Positions 23,760 through 36,490 of a stretch of DNA of 64,000 bases are shown here, one piece after another; position 1 is the first letter of the stretch, and the number at the start of each line of letters is the position of its first letter. Under the pieces are notes generated by a model, which did no database searches, was not told the origin of the DNA, and saw only the letters and a program-made list of their open reading frames with translations. Source of the stretch: Podarcis gaigeae (Eukaryota); assembly GCA_964106915.2 (NCBI GenBank), contig OZ066920.1; one strand, given 5' to 3'. Made by a program: the position numbers and the translations under genes.

Positions 23760-26394
23760 TATATCAATTTCAGGCCAGGATTATTTTCCCCTTGCAAGTG
23801 TTCTTGGTTTTATAGCAATTGGTGGCTCTTCTTCCTTTGGTCAAAGGCTGGGGCCAGACTGTTATTTTCCTTTCTTGCTAAAATCCCAGGACAACACACA
23901 GCTGGGAGCTCAATGTTCTTTCAGGCAGGGAGGAGAGAAGCAAGTTCCAGCATCTGCTTCTTCCCTGATCGATGGATGGGGACAGCGTGGTCTCTCCCAG
24001 GTCAATGTTCTTTCTGGAAGGCATGGGCTGTAGCCTCCTGGTGGCCCTAGATTCCCTGGCTGATGACAAATGCCAGACTGTGCATCCCTTCTGCTCTCCA
24101 GTCCAACAGCAAATGCTCAAATGTCACTTCAAATGTTTCGGAAGAGCAGTATTTAAATGCCTTAGCTAAATTTCTCCAGATGCCAGTTCTCAGGCGCAAA
24201 CAGCAGGTCCAGAAGGAATGGCCACAATATATGCCTTTCACTCACTCTGCATAGAATAGCAAGGGCCACATACAGACTCTAAGCCAAGTAATCTACTCTT
24301 CCACCAACTAAGAACAGGAGTCAGCATTAAATAAGGGTTCATTAAACTGAAGTGTCTCTGAAAATCAGTTGTTAAGATCCCAAACAGATATGAAATCTCA
24401 GGTGCTAGTTAATCACTCCAACATTGCTTTGCTTTAGATTTGTGCTTTTAACCTGCATTAATGTACAATACATACTAGGTTCAAAGATCTTAGGCCAATA
24501 GATTTGCTTGTGCGGTATGATTTACAACTACCTAAAGGATTTTTTTTTAAAAGTCTCCCGTAGCCATATTTCCTTAAAACTTAAATCTGATTAAAAATAA
24601 AACCACAAGTCTTGCTATCTGTTCTGTACAATGTACCTCCTTGGGTGCAGGAGCAATCTAAGCTCTTGCGTTTAAAACAGATGTGTACTGTTCTAATATA
24701 TAATCTATGACAAGTTGGAGAGCCTTCTTGTAAACGAATGATACGATGACTAACAACTCCATTTCCATCAGAAGCCGTTAATCCTACGTAAGAAGTCTGC
24801 ACGCTAATAGATGTCAGAGGCAAATGTTAACCAGCTACAGCTGGCTACAAGCTATAAAAAGCATTAATGAAAACACAAATACTAACTTTTGCCACCCCCT
24901 CTCTACTTCTTCTTAGTTCCTACGTCAAGGCTGTGCACAGGCATCACTTTCCAAGGGCTCTGTGTGAATGAACTCCCTGCTCTGAACTAGCTTGGTCTGG
25001 TTCCCTGAAGTTTGTTTACTGAACAGCATGTGCAGAGACACTGATCATGGGGGAAATGGGGGGAGAAACAAATCACATGATTGCTTGGCTCATACAATGG
25101 GTATTACTGATAGCCTTGAAATATGTGCTTTTTTAGAGCAAATAAGAACAGGAAGTGGATGGGAGGAGGTTCTAATAATGAAAAGTACAAATCCCAATAC
25201 AGGAGTGAATGAATGTGCATTAATACAGTACACTTAAGTGAATGTAGAAAATACAAAGTAGAACGTCTTGACTTTGGGAAAGCAGAACATTATTTCTTTG
25301 TTCTCCTATATTACAAAACATTTAGTGTGTCAAATGTAACATGAGTATTCCTAGAAATGTGGGGTTGCATTGTCACTTTTTAAAATAGAATAAAATGTGG
25401 ACACAAATGCTTGAGAAGCTTTAAGTGTTTCCTATACATAAAGAAATACTCCTGATTATTTCATAGACTCTACACTACTTGCAGATTATTAAATACCACA
25501 GTAAAGTAAAATTAGTGAAACCAAATTAGCTTAAAACCACTTTTACTTAATGGGCTGAGGAATGACTTGTTACAAAATGAGTAACAATTACAATATAGAC
25601 AAAGCTAGTTTTAATATGACAGCACTATGTATAATAGAGCTGCACAGCTATTATGCTGTATATTCTGAATCATCAAAATATAATTTACAGATGTAATGCA
25701 GCCTGTCCTGAACTATTGTTAAGGGATCAGGAACTGGCTGAGAGGCAGCATGCTGCATTCCCTGAGCTTTTCTGTTCTGCAACACAAATCCCTGTCTTCA
25801 ATCTTAACTATGATTAAGGCTTACACTGGCACCAACCTTGACCATAGCTAATACTATGTGTATCCTGTGTGTATCCTGCAATAGTATAAAAGGATGAATT
25901 CTACCACACTCTACTAAAAATGAATACCAAAACTGGATGGAGAGTATCATAATACTATATGACCCCATATGATATTTTAAGTAGGGGTGTTGGGACAAGT
26001 AGGAGTGCTAGCATATCCCTGATTGGTTTCTCTAAGCAGCAGCACATTAGCATTTTTTGCCTGGATGATGTTACCAAACTTATTAATTTTTTAGTGCTTG
26101 TCCACCCAATACTTCTATCTAGGTGTGTTCTCGATCACCTTTTTGCAGTGTGTGATTATAACCTCAGAAGATATAATATAGAATAAATATATGTGTTGCC
26201 ATAGTGACATAAAGAAAAATAATGGCTATAATATTTCAGCCTATACTAAAATACAACATCTACAGCACAATCTCACCATGTATAATTAAAAGTGCAACTC
26301 ATCCTGCATTGAGCCCTGAAGCATGCAGTAGCCTGCTTGGGGTGGATTTCAACAATGGACAAAAATAATATCTCACAAAAATGTTGCCATAAGG

Positions 26395-26733
26395 CAGGGG
26401 TCAGCAAGGTTTACCTTGCCTGGGCCGGTTCATTCCAGTGGAGATCCCTCCGTGGGCCAGATCACATGCACGCCCACAATTTCCGGCATCTGCAACTGCG
26501 CAGACGCGATTTCCAGTGTCTGCATCTACACAGACACGATTTCCGGTACCTGCACATGCGCAGACGCGATTTCCGGCGCTGCGGAAGTGAGTCCCCACAC
26601 CGCATTGTGCTGGTTTAGCGCAGCAGGCGGGGACTCGCCAAGCGGGCGGCTCAGTTCAGGGGCGGCTTGTGGGCCGGTTAAAAGACCCCTGTGGGCTGCT
26701 TGTGACCCATGGGCCTTAGGTTGCCGACCCCTG
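26395..26733. mobile_element. hAT MITE carrying a 30-bp minisatellite
   Basis: TIR caggggtcagcaa / ttgccgacccctg. Perfect TSD ccataagg at 26387-26394 and 26734-26741. About 3.4 copies of a 30-bp unit at 26478-26580. Confidence 0.9.
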
Positions 26734-28008
26734 CCATAAGGCATGAAAAGAAAGTTAATGAGAAGCCAAAACTATATTCCATTTGGAAGGCAACCTAAAT
26801 TTGTCTAGACTACAAAAAGTGAGTTGGGTCCAATGAATGAGGAACATTTCTGTCAAAAATGTTGTGATGCACTCTACTGAGACATGATGGGCTTTCTGAG
26901 ATGAACAGTGAATTTGGGGGGAGGGGGTTTAGGTGCTGATATTAGTAGATCTCCAATGAGACAGCCCATAAGAAATGTCTTTAAATGGAAATAATTAACA
27001 TTGCTCTTCTCAATACCTGTATTCTGCTGTATCCCTCTTATTGTCTGTTAAAAGAAATAGTACACCCCATATGATGGTTTCTTTAAAAAAAATTAAACCT
27101 TAATTCATAAGTAAATATTTCACAAAGTTGGGCCATATAATCCTATATCTATTAATATTAACTCTATATACAGCACACCCAACAACATTGTACTGGGGTG
27201 CCAAGAGCTATTCTCTTTATAGTACTATACATAGCTTCACTTGCCTAGATTTCATAAGACTTCTGATTAGCTGCTCTAACATGATTATAGCACAACTATT
27301 AGCCAGGCCAGAACTGAAGTGGGAGGTAGGGTTATGTTGTATACGTACTTGGACTTCTGCTTTTCAGCACAACATTTAAAAGGCACAAATATTCAAAATG
27401 AAGAAATGTCAGAAAGAAAAGGAAAATTCCACACTTTTGATGTACACCATCTCAGAATACTTGACATATACCAGGTGCTGGAAAATTACTATTCTCAGGT
27501 GAAACTACTGACTAATAACTAGTATCGCACATACTGGATCACTGCTCTAGGGCAGGAAAGTTACCTTTACAAGTTGCCTATGACAGGCTCCTTACACTTT
27601 AAACCACTAGATAACTCACACAGAAACAGTACATCTTCTAATTTGCTCCACGGCAAATTGGATCCTGAATATATTGCAAAAAAATAAAATAAGAGAAAGA
27701 ATAGAGTACTCAAACGAATAAGCAGCACTTATACAGCATTTTAGAGTATCACCCATGTAAGTTCTCAGTAATCTACAACCCTACCAGGTAGGTTTGCATT
27801 ATTATTCCCATACTGCAGATGTGGGGAAGGGAATACAAGATAGCATCAGCGCTCAGGTTAGGTTCCAGAAAGTTAGGTTCCAGAATACAGGGGAGCTTCC
27901 TGTCAGACCACGCTGATGAGAAGCAAGTGTGTTATTCAAAATAAGTAGAGATTAAATTTCAGAGCACTAAACTATGATAACAAGGCCCAAAGGAAGGTAC
28001 ATAGGTAA

Positions 28009-28194
28009 CATCCACACCATACATTTAAAACAAATTTAAAACATTTACTTCTCCTAATAATCCTAAGAACTGTGGTTTATTAAGGGTGTTGGGAATTGTA
28101 GCTCTGTGATGGGTATGTATGGTTCCTTGGATTCTTGGAAAAAGCCATGACTACTGAAGTTGTGTAAATGTGCTTTAAAAGTATGGTGTGGATG
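28009..28194. mobile_element. Old palindromic MITE
   Basis: Inverted ends catccacaccatacatttaaa / tttaaaagtatggtgtggatg enclosing a gggaattgtagctctgtg core. Confidence 0.6.
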
Positions 28195-29476
28195 CATCAA
28201 TACCAAGCAGGGGTGAGGATCCAATGCAGCAATCAGGGGAAAGGAGATGGACATTACACAGTATCATTAAGCAGGTGAAGATTTGTTCGTTCGTTCATTC
28301 ATTCATTCATTCATTCATTATTATTTCCCAAGGAATAGGAGCTTCATATAAACCTCTCTAGGCTTCTCAAAAGGAAGAGAAAGATTTTAAGGGAAATAAT
28401 AAAACGTAATCATTTGGGGATGGCACCCATGCTTTCAATATGTGAATTACAGATTCCACCGCTACAGTTCCTTAGGATGAAACTTTACAGTACAATTTGA
28501 TTATCACACTTTAATCTGCCATGGGATTCATCTTGCTCAACTAAGGAAAAAACTAAGGGAAATAATGTAAGAGCCCTTAAGTAGCAATGAGACATCTTTA
28601 TGAAAATAATACAAATTAGACTCTCTTATTTACGAGATACTGAAACATTTCTATCATATGGAGTTCAGTGAGGCACATTTAGGTTGTCTCCTTCCTGTTT
28701 ATCTTGTACTTGAAAAAAAAGTCCCATAAGTATTAAAGTTCTTAAAAATCATGCTCATGAATGCTTTGTTTAGAAACATTTACTTGAAAAAAAATGAATG
28801 GTATGTCGTAAACAGAATGGAAGTTGCCCACAAAAGAAAACGATTCGACAGATGCTAACATCTGTGAACATGGATTTTCTACAAATGTCCTTTCCCTCTT
28901 GAGCCGCAATAAACACTAATTTAAAATGTCTTGTGTAACACAGGCTTGGGTTTTCCTTAAGGTAAACACAATGGTGACCTCAATTCAAATTTGCCTACCT
29001 TGAAACGTTAGCAATAGCATTGGACCCATTATCTTTACTCAGATAAAGAACTTGCAATAAATTCAATGGTGTTTGTGTTAAGATACATATAAGATCAGCA
29101 CGGAAAAGCAAAAACTGTAAAGAAGCTTATGAATAATTCACATCTGAATCAGCTAAGTCTGATGTAGTCTATGTACCACTGTACAAACAAAAATGCTTTA
29201 CAGAAACTCATTAAAAGTTGCTGGAGCATAATCACTCCCACTGAAAGGCCATATATTGCATAATTCAAATTAAAAAATTATATTTTGCTCATTACCTACA
29301 TCTTTTAGATCTAATCTAAACAACTAAGCACTTCACACTATTTTATTAATTACTGACAGGCACAGGTGGGCACAATGTTGTGTTTAAAGCAGGATGCAGC
29401 TTTTTCTTAATCCCTGCAAAACAATATGGGTGCTTCTTACACCCACCAAGTTAAGCCAGAACACACACAACACATT

Positions 29477-29612
29477 AAGAAATCATATAGTTGGAAGGGA
29501 TCACAAGGGTCATCTAGTCCAACCCCCTGCGAGGCAGAAATCTTTTGCCCAACATGGGGCTGAAACCCACAACCCTAAGTTAAAAGTCTCATGTTCTACC
29601 TACTGAGCTATT
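29477..29612 (-). mobile_element. tRNA(Lys)-headed SINE with CR1 tail
   Basis: Minus strand: tagctcagtaggtagaacatgagacttttaacttagggttgtgggtttcagccccatgttgggc followed by ttggactagatgacccttgtgatcccttccaact. Confidence 0.8.
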
Positions 29613-30574
29613 CCTCTGAACACTAGGGAAGAAGGCTTGGATTTCCCAAGGCTATTTCAAAAGCAAGGGTGCACAACTCTTGGCTGGGTGTGAATGCTAG
29701 TCATTGTTTCTAGTAGCTGCGAAGATCAGTTTTCTAATTTCTCACTCCACTGGAGAAAAGTATATCCTTGTTGCTTTGTGTCTGTACGTATGGTTATAAG
29801 AGCCCACCCCAAGCCATGCCACTGAGGCTGCATTTCAGCACATGACACGGACACCCTTTTCAAGCAAGAATACTCTGCATCTCTGTATTGCTGGTGGCTT
29901 TTGTCAAAAGTGCCATTAAAGTGGCAGACTTTACTGGGGGCTTTCCTTCTTAATCACCAAAATTAATTTTTTGCTTGCCAATAGAGACTGTATTTGTGAA
30001 ATAAGTACAAATCTGAGTCTACTGTATTAACCTGTCCTGAAACATCTTAGGGAGATTTCCCCCTTTTATAGTACCTAGGTTCAAGAGTAATCTTTACAAC
30101 TTTTTTTTTTAAATTTTATTTCTATGCTGGCGCCCCTGTGAATTGAAACAACAGAACACCTGATGAACTACCATTTCAGATTAGATGGGAAATCGAAAAC
30201 ATAAATATGCATAATCCAACCTTCACTACAATGATGCCAGGATAGGGTACAATAAAATTAATTGCAAAGTGCAACAATATAAAAAAATAATAAAGCAGTT
30301 AAAACAGTAAATACATTCAGCCACATGAAACTGAAGAGTGAAAGTTGATATCAATCTGAGCTGACAATTCACAACTCATAAAAACTTGAGAAACCCGTAT
30401 CTTAACTTGGTATTGAAATGTAAAAAAGAATCAGTGCCAAACATGTGTAAGAGGACCGGGTAACAGGGCTGCTGGCATGTGACCGTTGGAGGGATTCCCA
30501 GAGAGTAACATAACCTTAAGGCCAAGAAAAAGATTAGCCACCTGTGCCCTAGACAATGAAGGTAATTTGAATAG

Positions 30575-31045
30575 TCGTATCTTGCCATCTGCAGGACCTC
30601 CATCAACACTGCCCAGGCTTGTGCCCCAGGAAGGTTATTACGTTCCTGCTAACACAAAGGTATGGCTTCAATCCCAGGGGGTGCACTCCACTGTCCCTTG
30701 AGACCAGCGGCGGAGCAAGCCGATCAGTCACCTGGGGGCACCACGGGGCCTCCAAGGAGTCTGCCTGCCTTCTCCCACTCAGCTGCCCTACAGTTGAGGG
30801 GGAAGGCAACGGGCGGGCTGTTTGGGGCAGCGTGGAGTCTGCGGGTGCTCAAGCCACCGCAACACTCCCAAGAGAGACACGTGGCTCAGGAATGCTGCAG
30901 GCCCCACAGTGAGTGCTTCCTGGCATTATGTCACACACCCCCCCCCAGTGGGGACACCCGGGGCGGCCCACACCTACTGCACCCCCCTTGCTATGCCCCT
31001 GCTTGAGACAGGCAGATCTGCCAACTACAACAATAATCTGGAAGC
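30575..31045 (+). mobile_element. RTE-derived retroposon, copy 3 (5'-truncated, interrupted)
   Basis: caggacctccatcaacactgcccaggcttgtgc...ctgctaacaca...cactccactgtcccttgagac[insert]aggcagatctgccaactacaacaa matches 4780-4815 and 5095-5181. Confidence 0.65.
30705..31001. mobile_element. hAT (Tip100-like) MITE nested in RTE-derived copy 3
   Basis: TIR cagcggcggagcaag / cttgctatgcccctg. Perfect TSD cttgagac at 30697-30704 and 31002-31009. Confidence 0.85.
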
Positions 31046-31837
31046 ACTCTGATTTTCTTGCAAATATGGCAGACTAACTACAAATTAACCCTTTCATCCC
31101 AACTGAAATAAACTGAGATAAACTGGTATTTGACTTTGCCGGGGACTTTGAAAACAGACACCTCACCCAGAGCAAGAAAATATTAGAAAACCAAAGTATG
31201 TATGGTGCCAACAGTACAAAAACTGAAACAGTGAATTAGATTTTCCACCCTTCAGCTGTCAACAATCTACATTTCTTTCCCAATATTTCCATCAACAAGC
31301 TCTATGCGCCACTGCAAGCTGGTAGATTTCTTCTTTCAAGGTACTTTTCACAAGTTGTGTCCAATTCCTTTCGGGTAAACAGAAATTAAGCTCACTGGTA
31401 ATTGACAGAGGAGGAGGTGAGAGTGAGAGTGAGAAAAGATACTGCACCTACTATGCACCCTCAGATTAAGCATCACCTCTCTCCTCCCCCATCTTTATAC
31501 TGACTACAACATTAATGTCTCACATCAAAAATAACTGATCTGTAGAAAGGACTTTATGATCTGAAAACAAAAATCTTCAATAAAAACAATTTTAAAAAAG
31601 AAGAGTTCTGTTATAGGGAGACCTTGGATAGCCAAGTTCTCTCAATATCAGTTTCCTATGCCCAAAAAAAATTGCTCTACAAAAAACTATGAAGATTAAG
31701 AAGAAACTGAGAGCATTAATAGGGTAAAAACTAATTTCAGATGAGAACAACAATTTGAGAATAACATAGGAGACATAATGAGACTGCAAATTTAATACAG
31801 CTACTTGATGAGTAAAATGTCCTGGTTTCTTAAGTAC

Positions 31838-31945
31838 TGTACTTGGAGTCTCCAGGCAGGATTGGGTGAGATTAGCTGCTGCTAGCCAGTGAATAGTCAT
31901 TATTAAGCTAAATGGACCAATGGCCTGAAACAGCCCCCTATGTTC
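31838..31945 (+). mobile_element. Old squamate SINE 3' part
   Basis: ctgctgctagccagtgaatag...aagctaaatggaccaatggcctga...cctatgttc. Same family as 44462-44575 (minus) and 63750-63872. Confidence 0.5.
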
Positions 31946-32274
31946 CAAGCTGTAGTTTGGCATCACCAGCATTATTATAATGATACAAATGACTGGGTAA
32001 TTACATGGCTCACTACAAGAAAATTAGTTAGACAATTCAAACTCATGACAGATTTTGGATATGGGCTGCAAATGATGAATAAGTTATCTAGTCCTGCTCT
32101 TTTACTTAAAAAAAAAGGAAAGGAGCGCCTTGTTTTTAGCTAAAGGTAGGATTGTTCTAGGCTTCATAAAAAAACTCAGGACCGCCTGATCAACATGTTC
32201 AGTCTAGCTTGTCTTGTAATTTGACTGTTCCCATCAATGCTGAGATTCACACTAGGCCAATTTCTAATACTCAC

Positions 32275-32549
32275 CTAACATTTGGCAGGTCTGAATTTAA
32301 CAATGGTGCAGTGTTCTCGGAAGTGTTGTTTTTCTGAAGGTGACACCTTAAACCGTCTTTAGCAGGCAAATAATACACCCTTTGAACAACCACTTGGACC
32401 TGGATTCCTCTCCCTCCAGCTCTTCCTTGTGTCTCCACAATATCAAGAAGAGAGTCGCTTAAGGGAGTAACTGCAAAGGGAGATAATTTGGGTTCATTGT
32501 TGCTATCGGGATGCACAGTCTTCAAAGTCTTCATATTGAGACAGGGGAT
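32275..32549 (-). CDS. SPIDR: SPIDR internal coding exon (approx. human exon 10), 275 nt
   Basis: Acceptor ttttttgccag|ATC, phase 0. Contains TPLSDSLLDIVETQG...VQVVVQRVYYLPAKD (human TPLRDSLLDVVESQG...VRVVVQRVYSLPSRD). Donor AG|gtgagt, phase 2. Confidence 0.95.
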
Positions 32550-34004
32550 CTGGCAAAAAAGGCACAAACCAAATCATTGTACAGATTGCAGGAAAACATA
32601 CAGGAAAAAAGGTGTGAGGTAGACATGGTGAAACCGAAGCAGGACAATCTTTATTCTGAATTACCGGTACTTCGTCTAGATGACAAACTGGTGAAAGAAA
32701 TGGAAGTAGCTTTCTCAAAGCAATTTGTGCTTTTGTCTCTTAAGAAAGCCATGTGAAGGTGAGCATTTTCTGCTTGGCCAGTTCTTGCCTAGGAAAGCAC
32801 AGATAATCTCTCTCTGATGAGGTTGAAGACTGAATCTACCAACCAAGAGGAGATAAGCTGGATGTTCCAGCCTTTGTACTCCTATAACAGCGGCAGGGCA
32901 ACTTTTCTTTTTCTGTCTAGGGCTGCATTCCCTTGGGAACAAATATGGTAACAGAAAAAACAGAACCGCAGTCACAAAAAATTAAGGCTACAATCCTATA
33001 CAAACACTAGGAAGCCAACTGCTGACCACAGTGGGTCTTACTTTTCAGTAAACATGAATAGATTGCACTTTGAGATCTATAACAAACACAAATAACTGAT
33101 AATATGGAGACAGTGAATGCCTATTTGTCCCCCCCTCATTCCTTTTCAACATGTGTCTATAGGTGGAGATCAACCTAAACCTTAACCACGAGTGAACAGA
33201 CTGCCCCGTCTTTACTCTGAAAAGAACAGGAGATATGGGTAAATAAAAATATTTTTTGCTCTTGGGAGAGCAGAGGTCAATGCTTATATTCTAGAAGTAA
33301 TCTCATTTGAGTATGTCTTCAATTTGATCCTCCACATCCAAAGGCAGAACCTTTGGGCAGAAGATCCACTTTATAATGCTTGCTGTATGTGTGAAGAAGC
33401 TCAGAGATTCTCTAAGCGTAAGTGAAGCTCACTAATAGAACCTTCTTAAGAGGAGGTTCAGGTCAGGAAACATTAACTAAGAGTTCAAAAGGACAGATTA
33501 GAGCCATGACCAGCCAGTTCAAGTTTCACATAGGAATGCTGTGGACTTCTCCATGTATTGTACAGTGTTGTACACTGTGTGTTTCCCCACCTTCCCTGCC
33601 ACTAAAGGTAAGATGGAAAATGCTGCACAATGACATCAGAACACATGGACAGGGAGAGTGGGAACACCACTGGCTTGCTGTTTGACAACATGTAGCTATC
33701 CCTTTAGAAAGGCTGGTAATTTTAAGTAGCTGAGCAGCATATCAGATGAAAAGTAATCTGCTAAATATATGACAGCAATACTACTCAAGACAGTATCACA
33801 TAAAGCAAAGTATCACATCAGTTCAGTGTGTCAACATGTAAGGAAAGATCTTGATTGTAAAATATTAATATTATTCACTAGCAAACTCTAAATCTTGCTT
33901 AAATGAAGGATATAGAGCGAACAAGAGCGTTCTTGCATGCAGTGTTAGCAAATATCTGTTCATCAACTCGCTACAAAGTGTTAAGCTGTAAAATTAAACA
34001 TTAC

Positions 34005-34206
34005 CTGGTTAACTGCAGATGTTTGAGGCCAATTGTCTTTTATGGTGGAAAAATTGAATACCCAAGCTAAAGATATCTTTCTTTTAATAAGCAATGGTTC
34101 TTGAAGATGTTGCCTTTCCATCTCTGGTGGTTCTTTAATAACTTTCTGACTGAAGTAAGTATTCATGATAACTGGAATGCTATCATTTGGAAGAAGAAGT
34201 CTTTGC
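34005..34206 (-). CDS. SPIDR: SPIDR internal coding exon (approx. human exon 9), 202 nt
   Basis: Acceptor gtttttcag|G completes the TG+G Trp codon. Translates QRLLLPNDSIPVIMNTYFSQKV...KRKISLAWVF...AVNQ (human WQKLIIPSGSCPVILNTYFCEKV...RRSISLAQMF). Donor CAG|gtaatg, phase 0. Confidence 0.93.
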
Positions 34207-35592
34207 CTGAAAAACAGAATCATGGTTATCTCATTTACTTTAACAAGTTAGATCTGTAGACTAGTAAGCAAACCTATAATCATGAATTAGAATCTGCTTC
34301 AGAAGTATATGTAGATTACTTTCCTGCAGTCTTTTAAAATATTTTTTACTAACAAATTAATTTTAACATACAGTTTGAAGATGACGATTATTATTTTTGC
34401 TGAAATGGCCATACTAATACATTGCTATAGACTAAATGAAAACTAATACACAATAATTTTGTGGCTAATTAGATTAAGTTTATTGACTATTGTAAGAAAT
34501 ATTAGTTACCACCAGCCATACATTATGGGTTTATAGGTCAATAGGTCAAAACCGGCACTTTGAATTGGGTCCAGAAACTAATTGGCAGCCAATTGCTTCC
34601 CTCTCTGCTCGAGTTAGGTTGGTGAGTGTCTGTGTTACAGATGGTGACTATTCACTTGTTTGAATAAACATAGAACTCTGTTTGCAGAGATTGCTAAAAC
34701 TACAGGCATATGATGGGAAAAGGCATGGCAAAGTTTTCAAATAGTTAACTATGTAGTGCAGCAGTAGCAAAATCAAACAGGTCGAGACATTGCTGAACTA
34801 TATTTACATTCTGTTACTGCATTTACTTTCCAGGGTTTTTAATTAGTTCCTCCTATTCATTACCTGGGGTGTGTGGAAAATTGTGACGCTCAGTCATACA
34901 GAAACTACCTGACTACGGTAAATGAAACAATGATGGGAACATCACTCCAGGTTTGTCATAACAGGGCACACTTTCTTTTTGGGTTCTGTCGAAACCTCAG
35001 TTCACAGCATAGTAATGGTGTCTGCAGATCAGAGTGGGTAACATTCCATAAATGCACTGGGAAATTATGGGAGGTATTTTTTAATGTAAAGCCACTTGTA
35101 CATTAGTAGAACAATTCTGAACCAAACTGAAATAGACAAGTGATAAGAAGGGGTTGCATCCAACCCTGTTCTATAAAGAGTAAGCCTGCTGAAATTAATG
35201 CACCTAGATTAATCATGCCCACTAATTTAAACAGGTCTACTTTGAGTAGAAGTAGCACTAGAGCTGCCCCATCTGCTGCTTATCTTGTTCATGCAAGGTG
35301 GCAGTGTTCTTATGGATCCTGAAGGTGGTGTTAACCATTTTCAAATGTATCCTTCATAGGCAAATTTGTAGCCAGACAACTACAGACACTGAATGACACT
35401 GATTATCTGGATCAATTTCAATTTACTGTTCAGCATTGAAACAGTTCTGGTAGCCCCAGCGAATGACCTAATACAAGGAAATATATATACTTTGAGTGTT
35501 GCCCTATTATTTCTCTTGGACCGCAAAGTCTTTTGATACCATGGTATACTACTGCATTGACTGTCCAAAATGGGAAATGCCATGTTCTAGCA

Positions 35593-35850
35593 CAGGGGTC
35601 AGCAAACTTTTTCAGCAGGGGGCTGGTCCACTGTCCCTCAGACCTTGTGGAGGGCCGGACTAGATTTTTTGGGGGAGAAATGAACAAATTCCTATGCCCC
35701 ACAAATAACCCAGAGATGCATTTTAAATAAAAGCACACATTCTACTCATGTAAAATCACGCTGATTCCCATACCTTCCACGGGCCGGATTTAGAAGGCAA
35801 TTGGGCCAGATCCGGCCCCGGCCCCTCCAGCCTTAGTTTGCCTACCCATG
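35593..35850 (-). mobile_element. hAT MITE, same family as 20310 and 51173 (opposite orientation)
   Basis: caggggtcagcaaact ... agtttgcctacccatg. Perfect TSD ttctagca at 35585-35592 and 35851-35858. Confidence 0.9.
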
Positions 35851-35879
35851 TTCTAGCAGTTCTGATCCTCTCTGGATGG

Positions 35880-36490
35880 TTGTTCCAGAAGGTGGTACAT
35901 GGGATCTATTGCTTTGCCCTAAGCTGTGCGAATGAGTGCTCCTATATACCATCTATATGAAACTGCTTAGGTCATTGAAGGATTTGGGGTGAAGGCCGCT
36001 CTAGAGAAGATAGAAGTGGTGGTGGTGGTTTGTCTGACCTAGGAGGTGATGGTCAGCCTATGCTGGAGAGCGCTGTACTTCCTCTGAAGGATAACTCTTG
36101 CAGGCCAGAAATGCTCTTAACTCCAGCCTGTAGAGATACAGCTAGCACCCATGACATGAAGCACCTTTAATTCAGGCTGGTGACCCAGCTGCAACCTTTC
36201 TTGACTAGAGATGTTCTAATCTCAGAAATCCATGCTTGGAATAACATCTCACCCAGAGTGCTGCAATGCATTATATGAAGGGCTGCCTTTGATAACTATT
36301 CAGAAACTACATTTGGTTCAAAATACTGCAGCTAGATTGCCAACTGGGACTGAGTGAAGGGTCCACAATGTAAGTTTTAACACAACTACACTTACTCCTG
36401 GGCCATTTCTATGCACAATTCAACATGCCAGTTTCTAAAACCCTAAGTTGTTTGAGACCTAACTACTTAAAAAATGGCTGGCTGTTCTAC
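35880..36490 (+). mobile_element. L2 LINE RT/3' remnant
   Basis: catctatatgaaactgc...ctgcaatgcattatatgaagggctgcctttg...cagaaactacatttggttcaaaatactgcagctagattg encodes decayed YCNALY.GLP...KLQLVQNAAARL. Confidence 0.7.

Noticed and set aside
17337-24050. Long overlapping ORFs (up to 229 aa) in the GC-rich elements
   Set aside because: Low-complexity P/R/G/A products open in several frames on both strands because of GC content and repeats. No transposase DDE or HTH motifs.
26478-26580. CRISPR-like periodic repeat
   Set aside because: Tandem 30-bp units without unique spacers, inside a eukaryotic hAT MITE.
29545-29612. tRNA-Lys-like sequence (also about 1505-1565, and the heads of the Sauria SINEs)
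   Set aside because: Degenerate and fused to LINE-derived tails, so these are SINE heads and not tRNA genes.
32511-32756. 81-aa plus-strand ORF antisense to a SPIDR exon boundary
   Set aside because: No recognisable homology, no supporting exon chain or promoter. Expected by chance.
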